From positions 1-50,492 of the forward strand of contig JAADVB010000135.1 of assembly GCA_023334545.1 (NCBI GenBank): a stretch of DNA of 50,492 nucleotides, in the 5' to 3' direction. The stretch comes from Salisapilia sapeloensis CBS 127946. Taxonomy: Eukaryota; Protista; Oomycota. Positions 10,653 to 23,300 of this stretch are shown here, piece after piece; within the stretch, counting starts at the first letter, position 1; the number at the start of each line of letters is the position of its first letter. A model generated the notes under the pieces. The model did no database searches and was not told the DNA's origin. It was given only the letters and a program-made list of their open reading frames with translations. The translations under genes and the position numbers were made by a program.

Positions 10653-11978
10653 ATGTCATTTTACAAAACACTTTCGTTGGCAGAGATGGCATCCAAGCTG
10701 GGAAGAGCGGACAATTTACTGTGGGCACCGAAAGTATGCTACACGCTTTCGTTCGGTGGCTATGGGGCCATGGTAACCTACCTCCCCATCTTTGCGCAGC
10801 AAGTCATGGGTCTATCCAAGGTTGAGACGGCGACACTGCAGACCATCCAGTACCTCTGCGCCGCGGCATCACCGCCGTTATGGGGAGCCGTCGCCGATGC
10901 TCTTGACAACCAACGCCTCGTCCATATTTGCACGTACATTGGAGGCTCTTTCCTGCTGTTCCTCTTCCAGTTCGCCAGTTCGTTCACGTCGGCAGTTGCT
11001 CTCGTCCTCTTCGGCAATATTCTATACGCTGCTGGCAACCCGCTCCTAGACACGGCAGTGCTCCACCTTCTAGAGAAGGTCGGCGGAGACTTTGGCAAGC
11101 AGAGGATTTTCGATCCAGTCGGTTTCGGCATGTTTGCATACATTGCTGGCGCGCTCGCTGCAACATGGGGGTTGTCATGGGCATTTAACCTCGTTTTCAT
11201 CCTCTCGATTCTCACGCTCATCCCGCTTCGTCACATTCCTGCTCCAAAGAAATCGGACCATGGCGCTCAGCATCCTAATGAATCGACGCATTTACTAGGA
11301 CCTGACACAAATGAGCAAAGACCAACGCTATGGGAAGGTATTAAACTCCTAGCAAAGGAAGTGGATGTATTACTGCTACTGCTTTCCGCCTTCTTCATGG
11401 CTGTAGTGCTAGGTGCCATCACAAGTTTCTACACGCTAAACCTTTTCAACCTCTCCGGCAAGAGCTCCAGCATCGTTGGTACAGCGATTTTGCTCCAGAA
11501 CATCTCCAATCTGCCATTCTTCTTCTTCGCACAAGCAATTACCAAACGTATTGGTATCACCAATGTGCTCTTGCTGTCGGCCGTTACCTATTGCATCCGC
11601 ATCGCGTACTACGCTGTGATGACAAATGCATGGTCGGCTGTCGCGCTAGACAGTCTCCACGGCCTCAACTTTGCGCTCATCGTGGTTTCCACTACCGAGT
11701 ATGTATATGCTCGATCGCCTGCCGGGTGTGAAGCCACTGTCATCGGACTGCTTAACGGCATCCAAACAGGCCTTGGCTTTGCAGTCGGTAGTCTCGTGGG
11801 TGGTGTACTCTACGAGGAATATGGACCACGCACAATGTGGTGGTGCATGCAAGTTTGCGTCCTGCTCTCGTTCCTAAGCATCAGTGGCTTTGCGTACTTC
11901 AAGAACCAAAGTTGCAAGGAGCGAGTGGAGCCTGATTTGGAAAGCGCCACACTTGTGAAGCCCTCGGTGGCAGCGTAG
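10653..11978 (+). CDS. MFS_1-like (MFSD6/LacY-like) 12-TM transporter, 441 aa
   Basis: Hydrophobic 6+6 helix layout with central loop. Motifs YLPIF, PPLWGAVAD, GKQRIF..VG, LPFFFF, LHGLNFAL, G..VGSLVGG.LYE.YG. Confidence 0.85.
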   Translation: MSFYKTLSLAEMASKLGRADNLLWAPKVCYTLSFGGYGAMVTYLPIFAQQVMGLSKVETATLQTIQYLCAAASPPLWGAVADALDNQRLVHICTYIGGSFLLFLFQFASSFTSAVALVLFGNILYAAGNPLLDTAVLHLLEKVGGDFGKQRIFDPVGFGMFAYIAGALAATWGLSWAFNLVFILSILTLIPLRHIPAPKKSDHGAQHPNESTHLLGPDTNEQRPTLWEGIKLLAKEVDVLLLLLSAFFMAVVLGAITSFYTLNLFNLSGKSSSIVGTAILLQNISNLPFFFFAQAITKRIGITNVLLLSAVTYCIRIAYYAVMTNAWSAVALDSLHGLNFALIVVSTTEYVYARSPAGCEATVIGLLNGIQTGLGFAVGSLVGGVLYEEYGPRTMWWCMQVCVLLSFLSISGFAYFKNQSCKERVEPDLESATLVKPSVAA

Positions 11979-12184
11979 AAAGTAGCATAGCTGTACCATC
12001 AAAAAAACTTTCATATAGGTAAATTCAATCGAAACGACATGGTATATCCATGTACAAAGAGAATAAAGTAGGTGTACTCGGATATCGTTCCAACTTGAAG
12101 TTACATTTTCATTTATTGTTGCGTGAATGTTGTAATTAATTTGGGAAGACCTACTCTTGACACATATCAAACCACGAGATCATC

Positions 12185-12945
12185 ATGGCCGAGATAGCAT
12201 TTGGGTCTCGAGTCTTCCTCGCATTCGATGACTTTTCACTAGCAGGAAAACGTACGTTTCATTCCATTTCCTGTCAACTATCCATAAGTAAGTCAACCGT
12301 CCTTATCTACAACTTTATGATGCAATAGATGTGCTGTCATCGCTCGAATCGCCAACTCATCCACACAAACAAGGCCCACGCCCATTGGAGACGCTTGCAT
12401 CCGACCTCCGAAGCAAAGTGCAAATATCCCACCTCAGTGTAAGCACAGATGCCAGTGCATCCATCTCCCTTCTCTCCATCGACTCTGCTTCGCTCACGTC
12501 GCAATCAGCATGGGAAGTCGCAGACCACCTCACCCATGTTCTTAGCGACAGCAACATCAACGAGCTAGTCATCGTCGCAGCCCTGCACTTACCCAATGCT
12601 CCAACTAGCGACCACGTCTACTACCATAGTCTTCATGCGCCGTCTAAACTAGATCAGACGAGTGCTCTGAAATCTTTTGGCAGTGGATGGCCAATCGCTG
12701 ATACGTTCCTAGCTAAACTACTCCACTTCCTACGTGTCGAAGGTCAACTACCAACGCATCTTCTACTAGCAAAAGGGTACAAGCCAAGTCAAGACGCCTC
12801 CGCAACGATTGACGCTGTAAAACAACTAGGGGAAGCAGTGAAAACGTTTGACGTCCAGGTACAGGACATAGAGACACTGACGAAAGCACTCGTACACAGC
12901 CACGTCCGTCCTAGTCAAGATCCATACGCCATTCTTTACCATTAA
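12185..12945 (+). CDS. Hypothetical protein, 2 exons, about 227 aa; possibly a PAC2/nucleoside-phosphorylase-like alpha/beta fold (weak)
   Basis: ATG 12185, exon 12185-12251, intron 12252-12328 (GTACGT...CAATAG, 77 nt), joining in frame to the 12331-12945 ORF. Alternating strand/helix pattern; the fold guess is inference only. Confidence 0.65.
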
Positions 12946-12990
12946 AAAGGAAAAACCGTGTCTTTCATTTTCGTTCTTTGGTCAAGCTGC

Positions 12991-14247
12991 TTACTCCATC
13001 AACATGACGACCTTGCGCTTCGTCGTGCGGTTGACGGCCGCAAGCAACGCATCCTCAAAGTCCGTGAACTTGTACGTCTCTATCCAAGTACGCAACTTGC
13101 CCTGCTCCACCAGCTTAGCAAGCTCTTCCAACATCTTCTTACGCTCCTCCACACTGGACTCCTTGACCCACTCGCTCATCCAGAAACCACGGAGAGAAAT
13201 GTCGTTAAAGACGAGCGCAGACGTGCCGACGCTCACAGGCTGCTTGCCCATGCCACCATACGTCACAAGCGTACCCTTCTTGGCCAAAGCCTTGGCCATG
13301 GCAGTCGTTGTGTCGCCGCCGACGCAGTTCAAAGCGAGCTTCGGCGCCGGAAGGTCCGAGATGAGCTCCTTGAACTTGGCCGTGCTGGCGTAGTCGGCCG
13401 TGCAGACAATGTCGGCACCGAGGGCCTTCAAGTGGTCGACCGTGACGTCGTAGTCTCCGTCGTCGCGAATGATGTTAATCGTTTTCACACCACGCAGCTT
13501 GGCGAGCTGGATAACAGCCTGGCCGACGGCGCTGTTTGCACCGTTCTGAATGATGACGTCACCCTTCTGGAGGTCGACAAAGTCCGACAGCATGCGGTAA
13601 GCAGTCGACGGGTTGACTGCAATGGTCGCAGCGTCCTCGACCGAGATTTTGTCCGAAATGGCCAAAACGTCCTGAGAAGAAGCCACTGCCGTCGTTCGCC
13701 ACGTGCCTGTTCAGATCCAATGTGTATAAGTATCTGCTTTTGTCTGTATACATGTCGATGGGTGTATAATTATTATATTAAAGGAATAATAATATCTTAT
13801 ATCCATACTATCCCATTCGTGTTTCAATCATGGACAAGTAGACGTACCGAATCCGGACTGAGTGGGAATAACACGGTCGTTCACCTTGACGTTGTCGACA
13901 CCGTCACCGACGGCCGTGACAACGGCGACACCTTCGTTACCACCGACTGCTGGGAAGTTGGGCTTGAGAGCGTATGCGCCCTGGATCTGCGAAAGGTCGG
14001 CAACATTGATGGGTGCCGCCAAGAACTTGAGAGCAACCTGTCCCTTGCCAGGCTTGGCCGTCTCCTCCCCTTCGTCTTTGCTAATGATCACATTAATTAG
14101 ATCCCATGAGGCTCTCACTGGACTTGACGATTATTACGATAGAACGTTAAGTGGGTGGCCGAACTCCGAGTATTTGATAGAGCTCATCGCCCGCAGCGAT
14201 TGCTGACGGGAGTTCAGCGCTGTCTTCTTCGCGAGGGACGCAAGCAT
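12991..14247 (-). CDS. MECR: Mitochondrial trans-2-enoyl-CoA/ACP reductase (MDR family), 3 exons, about 352 aa
   Basis: Exons 14247-14138, 14080-13848, 13706-12991; GT-AG introns of 57 and 141 nt; frame conserved. Motifs YSEFGHP, LAAPINVAD..IQGAY, GGNEGVAVV, FGTWRT, VNPSTAYRML.DFV.L..GD.IIQNGANSAVGQ, VTYGGM, RGFW. Confidence 0.92.
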
Positions 14248-14777
14248 CGTACCGTGCACAAATTGATTTGGAGCCGCACAATTCTGGTGGTGTCGTTTCC
14301 TAACGGTTGTTAACTGCTACAACAGCAGATCACTTGGAAATTGTAAGCAAGATATTGAGAACCAGTCATTTTAGAACGATTTTGCAGGAGAAGATCATTT
14401 CGAAATTGACTCTGTAGGCGACAAGCTAGTCGTTCCGAATGATTGCTAGCAATAAAAAGTTTGAGATCCGTATGAAAGCTTAGGGAAACCTATCTTCGGT
14501 GTGGATAGTTATTAAGCTGATGACGGAATGCGTTTCATTTTCTACGTGTACTTCTCGGTGATGTCCAAAATAATCTTTGAGAACGGAGGAACCAATGGCG
14601 ATTTTATACAAGCGTATGCCTGAGAGAAGAAAGTAGATTCTTTACTATAGTGCGTGTATCTAGGAGAGAACAGATAGTGCTAGTAGTACTTTGTAAACGT
14701 GACATTGAACGGATACATGGATAAAATTGTTCCAAATAGTCGTTTCATTCACCTTACATTTCATATCGATACAATCC

Positions 14778-17106
<2,329 letters not shown>

Positions 17107-17291
17107 ATAAAATTCGACACCTCGTATTGTAAGTAGTGGTAAGATACAAGATTAAATCCATTGCAACATGCAGATTATATCAATACATGAAAACGTCATT
17201 TGCTTTTTCATGCACACTAACAAGATGCAGATCAAGTACAGTGTAGGTCGTGTCATGTATTAGCAGTTAGGAATACTAGCTATTTAGATCT

Positions 17292-18862
17292 CTATGTCTG
17301 ATCTTCCGTCCTTTTCGAAGCATCTTCGGACAACTTGTCCCAATCCCATCGGAGCCAGAGCACAATGAGTCCTGCCATGGACAAAAAGTCCCCGACGCCA
17401 AAGCCGATCCATAGTCCCTTCACATCAAGATCCGTTAAGAAGGCGAGGAGGGCAGCCAACGGCATCCCGAAAGCATAGTAAGCGATTCCGTTCGTAATCG
17501 CAGCAGGCATTTGCTTTCCAGCACCTCGGAAGACCCCTTGGCAAATAGCGTTGACGCCATCTACAGTCTGGAAGGGGCCCCATGCGATGAAGAGTGCCCC
17601 AGCAGCTCCGACGGCGGACATGTCGTCGATGACAAGCTTGGAAATCTCGAAGCGAAGAGTCATGAGGATTATCGCGACGATGATGGATGCTGCGAGGGAT
17701 ACGAAGAACGAAATGATGCTAACCATCTTTGCTTGCTTCGGGCGACCCGCACCTAAGGCATTGCCGACTCGAATGCTAGACGCGACTGAGAGACCCAGGA
17801 AGGCCATGTAGATGAGGAAGTTGATGTTGACAACGACCGAGTGGGCGCTCAGCTGAAGACTGGCATTAGGTAGTAAACCAGCAAAGATCGTCATGAGTTC
17901 AAAAGCAAAGAACTCGCAAAGAACCATGATCATGCCTGGGAATCCAATGCGCAGGTAGAGAGGTACGTGCTTACTTGCAGCCTTTAGGTCCCATCCACCC
18001 CACCATTGACGAGTCGACTTGGGTCCAAATGCAATGTACAGCGATAATGCAATCGCCATCACCCAATTGGCAATCGAACGTGAAAGAGGTACACCGTCAA
18101 ACTCCATGGATGACTGGAACGCCATGCCGTAGCCAGACAGAATGGTCACAATGTTTCCAATGAGGATGACGAAAACGCTCGGGTACACAATGTTTTGTGT
18201 CTGTAGTATCCGTCTCTCCAGCTCATAGAGGAAGAGAGGTGGCAGACCGATGAGATTGAGTCGAGAGAACCGACCAGCGAAGGACGCAATGTCTGGTTCT
18301 TGCCCGAGACCAAGCAAGATCTGTTCTGCGTAGAAATTGAAAAAGAAGACGGGAATACAAACGACGCCGACGATGATGAGACTAGCTTGGAAATAGATGC
18401 CGATCATGTGCAGCCTCTGGGCCCCGTACGCTTGGGAACAAAGCGTATCAATAGCGGACGACAGACCGACGACGATGGCCACGGACGTCAAGTTTGTCAA
18501 CTACATGCATAATTAAATACAAAACATCGCTTTGGAAAAGACCATTGGGTACTTACAGTCGTCGAGAGTGTAGCAGCACTCACGTACTCTTGTGTGTATG
18601 GCGAGTCTAGATTGCCAGACATGACTACGGTAGCAAATCCAGGCACGAACTCCAACGCCGACGTCACGATGACTGGCCAAGCCAGTTTAAGGAGCTCCAC
18701 GAGCTCATGCTTCACGTTGAGCGGGTGCTCTTCGACCAGAAGACCTTCTTCTGCTTTTCCCGAGTCATTGCCACTTGGAACTGTGCCACTCGGAGACGCT
18801 TCTTTCTCCGGCGCCGAGAGAGGTGAGAGCAGTGGCTGTGAATTCGTCCGAAAAGAAGCCAT
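17292..18862 (-). CDS. MATE family efflux transporter, 2 exons, about 504 aa
   Basis: Exons 18862-18557 and 18500-17292, intron 56 nt (GTAAGT...TAG). Motifs LAWPV, GLSSAIDTLCSQAYGA, E..AFE, SIRVGNALGAG, D..NA..QGVFRGAGKQ, AYY..G.P, GLWIG. Confidence 0.92.
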
Positions 18863-19053
18863 GCCTTATGCAGTCGAGGATAATTGTAAAACTGAGCTTA
18901 TCCGACCTGTCGCCCGATGGAAAGTGTACCGCTAAACGAAGTGAGCTTCACTGTGTGTATTAGTCTGGTACACGTCGTGATTAGTAGGTACTCTAAACGC
19001 TTTCTGCGACTAACTCTCCATTTAGCATCTGTCCGTACACCTGTCTGAGATCG

Positions 19054-20262
19054 ATGGTCGACATGGAGAAGCTATTGCAAGTCTACTTTCGTACGCCTGG
19101 TAAACGGAAGAGAGGTACACAGAATGGAGATGACAAGACAGAATACCAGAGTGCATTAAAGTCGATCAAGAAAGTATATAAGGATGCTTCTCGTGAGACG
19201 CAGACGACATATGCCGATAAACTGCTGCGTGCGAGCATGTATCAGTTACAGCGGAAAGTATCTGCAAAGGAGATGCTGCCGAGGATACAGAAACTAGTGG
19301 CAGAAGTATTCGATCGATCCTCTATTTTCCGTGCTCATGTTGCAAAGCAAGTCGGACCTTTATACGATGCCATGCTTCGGGTAGCAGAGGGAATACTTAT
19401 GCGACACCGATCGACTCAGTTGGAGCAAAATGCAGACGTGAATCGTATTCTAGCGCTAGTAGAAGCTTGGGAAGACAAGTTTGGAGACAAGTACCCTCCG
19501 TTGATTGCAGCTAGTGACGGGTTAAAGCAACGAGGATACCAATTTCCTCATGTACGCAAGAAAAAGGAAGAGCAGGAAGCCAAGGACTTGGCGATTGCAC
19601 AGCATCAGACACGGGTGATGGAAGCGAAACGGGAGCAAACACGAAAGGAAATGGCGTCACGCGTACCAGAGATGGAGCAGCTACTCGTCGAGATGAACCA
19701 CATCTTCAATATGATCGTGCCGACGTTGGATGTCTTTGATCGGCAGTGGGAGACGTCACATGCTTCTGTGGAAGATTTTGAAGGCGATAACAATGATGGG
19801 GAAGATGATATTGAATGGGAGGATGTTGGCGAATCGAAAGAATATGAGGAAGGTGAGGATGACACTGCTGAAATGGAAATGGATGATATCGTGGAGGCGT
19901 ATGGATTGGGTCATTCGTCCTACCAGTTGACGATTGAAGTACCGACTAACATTGGCGAGAGATCAGGTGACAATGAGGTGCTGTTTAAGCATTTGGAAGA
20001 TGGTGTGAAGAGCATTCGTAAGAGATACTTACCACTAGTCGATGACTGGCTACTCCATCTCCGATCGACTCGCGATCCGAATCTAACAGTCATCCGTCGT
20101 CGAGTTCGAGACCTTCAAAAGCGACTCCATGTTGCCATCCAAAAGTACAACGACCTCTTACCTGTCGAAGATGAGCAGAAACCTGACAGAGTACAGTCTT
20201 CAGTCGTTTCATTGCCACTGGGAAGCTACCAGCCTCCATTAAAGAAAGGAAAGAAAAGCTAA
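19054..20262 (+). CDS. UVSSA: UVSSA-like (UV-stimulated scaffold protein A) protein, C-terminally short, 402 aa
   Basis: VHS-like N-terminus with ELF.RS..FR-type motif (EVFDRSSIFR), VEAWEDKFG.KY, coiled coil, acidic patch DDIEWEDV, and DNEVL..L......IRKRYLPLV.DWL resembling the UVSSA central region. Confidence 0.72.
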   Translation: MVDMEKLLQVYFRTPGKRKRGTQNGDDKTEYQSALKSIKKVYKDASRETQTTYADKLLRASMYQLQRKVSAKEMLPRIQKLVAEVFDRSSIFRAHVAKQVGPLYDAMLRVAEGILMRHRSTQLEQNADVNRILALVEAWEDKFGDKYPPLIAASDGLKQRGYQFPHVRKKKEEQEAKDLAIAQHQTRVMEAKREQTRKEMASRVPEMEQLLVEMNHIFNMIVPTLDVFDRQWETSHASVEDFEGDNNDGEDDIEWEDVGESKEYEEGEDDTAEMEMDDIVEAYGLGHSSYQLTIEVPTNIGERSGDNEVLFKHLEDGVKSIRKRYLPLVDDWLLHLRSTRDPNLTVIRRRVRDLQKRLHVAIQKYNDLLPVEDEQKPDRVQSSVVSLPLGSYQPPLKKGKKS

Positions 20263-20279
20263 GAAATTAAATAAGTACG

Positions 20280-20314
20280 ATTGGTTTAAATTTTATTCTG
20301 ATTTACCAATCAGA
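20280..20314. promoter_or_regulatory. Paired CCAAT boxes upstream of importin-5
   Basis: ATTGG at 20280-20284 and CCAATCAGA at 20306-20314, 75-110 nt upstream of ATG 20389. This favours 20389 over 20329 as the start. Confidence 0.4.
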
Positions 20315-20388
20315 GACTGCACGTGAGAATGAAGCCATTTAAGCCACTGGTGGACGAGACCACGAGCAGCGTTATTCGCACTGCTGCC

Positions 20389-23300
20389 ATGGACTCGATG
20401 GGTGATTGGGACGGACTGCTGCAGCATCTACTTTCCTCTGACAACAGTGCACGCAACGATGCTGAAAATCGATTTTCTCAATTAAAATATGAGCACTGTG
20501 ATGCGACTTTAGTGGCTTTATTGGACGTCATCCATTCTCGACGAGATGACGCCGTGCGTAGTCTCGCTGCCGTTCTTTTACGACGAGTCTTGTTGCGTGA
20601 CACAGTTTCTCTATGGCCTCGTGCTAGTACCGATACGCGTGAACGTGTGAAAAGCGAATTGCTAGCCATCGTACAGGACGAAGTGAATCGGAGCATTCGA
20701 CGAAAAACGTGTGATATTGTCGGTGAACTAGGGAGTACCTTACTCGCTGATAAGGAATGGCCGGCTTTGTTACCTACTCTATTGCAATGGCTCACTCCAT
20801 CTGCATCGGTCGAACTTCGTGAATCCACACTTCGTGTCTTTGAGCGACTTGCCATCTACCTCGCTTCAGAGCTTGAGAGTGAAGACGATATTGATCAGAG
20901 TCAGCCACTAGATGTGACGTTGCTAAATGCTCTAGCAGCATGTCTTCAGGATGGACAAGGTAGAGTGACTCTAAACGCCGTTCGAGCCTTGGGCATGATC
21001 GTCATCCAGCTCGAGAGTCTGGAAAACACACGACAGGAACTATTACAGGCAACAGTACCACTAGTTCTGCAGGCCTTACATCGTTTCATTCAGATGCAGG
21101 ACTTTGACACGGTGATGGAGGTGCTGGAAGTTCTTATTGAAATGACTGAACCAAACGCTTCCTACTTTACTCCTTGCCTTCGAGAGGTCGTGGCACTCAT
21201 GACCCAACTTTCGGATGTGCAGGATAACCCGAACGTCCCGAACGGATGTCGTCAGTTGGCCATGGAGTTCCTCGTGTCGTTAGCTGAACAAGCTCCTTCC
21301 AGATGCAGACGTTTAAAGAACAACGGGTTTGTGTCGCAAGTATACCCAGTCACATTCCGCATGATGCTTGAGTTGCCTGACAAGGATACATGGAGTGTCA
21401 TGAATTGTGGTGATGAAGCGGAGGATGAAGACGGACCATCTCAAGACATTTCCAACTTTGACGTCGGCTCCGAAGCTCTGGAACGACTAGTGTCGGCGAT
21501 TGGTCCTCGAAAGTCTCTCCCAGTTTGTTTCTCCCTCATCCAGGAGTACGTCACTAGACAAGACGATTGGGTCTGTCGCCATGCAGCACTCGTCGGTCTA
21601 TGCCAGATATTAGAAGTGATTCCACCGACGGAACTAGAAACCATCGTCCAGTCACTCACCACACATGCGTACGACCCGCATCCTCGTGTCTGCTGCACGG
21701 CAATCGATGTCATCGGGCAGCTCAGTGTTGATCAGACGCCACAGTTTCAGCAAGGTTTCCATGACCAGGCTCTCCCCATTCTCCTGCGGTACGTCTCGGA
21801 CAATGACCACGTTCGACTCCAAGCGCATGCCGCTACGGCCTTGCGACAATTTGTGGATCTCTGTCCTCCAGAGATCGTCACGCCGTACCTCGAGTCGATC
21901 CTGCAGCCGCTCATGACAGCACTCCAATACAACAACAGCACTCGTATCGTCCAAGAGCAGATCATCACGGCCATCGGGTCAGTCGCTACCGTCTCTGGTT
22001 CCTCCTTCACCCAATACTACTCTGTCGTAATGCCGACGCTGCACACCATCCTCCTTTCGTGCCTACAAGCTGCCACTAAGATCAAGAGCAACAATATCTC
22101 TGGTGGCCCATTGACCTTGGCTGGCATCGCGTTAGAATGCATCAGCATCATTGGTGTCGCTGTTGGCAATGCAGTCTTTGCAAACGACGCTCACGCAGTG
22201 CTCAAGATCATGGCGGAGATGCACAACACGCCACACATGGTCGGTGACGATAACTTGCGGACGTACTTGCTCCAGGCTTGGGCACGCTTCTGCACTTGCT
22301 TGAAGCAAGATGTCGCACCGTACTTGCCGGTAGTGATGCCGACGCTACTGGACGCCGCGACACAGCAAGCGGAATTCGAAGTGGACCCGTCGCAACTGAC
22401 AGACGATGACGACACAGACGGTGACACAGATCGAGAGTCATACGCTGGAGACGGCATCCAACTCGCTCAAGTGAACGACAAGTATTTGCGCATCCGGACT
22501 TCTGTGCTAGAGGAGAAGGCGACGGCATGTCAGCTCCTCGCGAGCATCGTGTCAGATCTAGAGGAGGCGTTCTTCCCATATGCAGAGCAGGTGACGCAGG
22601 TGCTAGCTCCGTTGCTCACGGACTCTGTCCATTCCGACATTCGGTCTGCCGCTGTAGAAGCCATGGGCGCTCTGCTTCGATGTGTCGCGTTGGCAGCGAC
22701 GAATGACGAGAGCATCAAGCAGATGCTAGACTATGTTCTAGGTCGATTGGTGCATGCCCTAACGTCCGAGCCGGAGCTTAAGCTTGTACTGAGCATCATG
22801 CAGAGCATGAAGAAGTGCATCATGGAGGCACGCAGCCGACATGCACTCATTGGACTGAACGCTGCGCAACTAAAGGAGCTCGTAAAGGCGCTGCTGGTCA
22901 TCCTCGCAGACTCGTTCCAGCGACGAGTGGAACGGAGAGGGCGTGAAATGAGCGACGATGAAGAATCGGTCGAAGAGGACGAAGAAGAGCTGGAGCTAGA
23001 AGCCGACTTGCCATTCGTCTTGGCCGATTGCGTCGGCACACTAGCACAAACGCATCAAGAAGCCTTCTTCCCCATCTTCCAACGACTGCTGTGGGATAAA
23101 CTAGTGGAGCTGACGGATCCACAATGCCTTGATGAAGACCGGCAGCTTGCGCTATATATTCTAGACGACGTGTTGGAGCACTGTGGTGTGCCGGCAATGG
23201 AACGCCTCGATACGATGCTACCGACACTGCTGCATGTGCTAAAGACGAGTCAGGACGCACCCAGTTGCCAGCAGGCAGCTAGCTACGGTGTAGGTGTTTG

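Noticed and set aside
12958-14100. 380-aa plus-strand ORF antisense to MECR
   Set aside because: Shadow ORF from MECR's strong codon bias. It reads through the 141-nt intron only because that length is a multiple of 3, and has no recognisable motifs.
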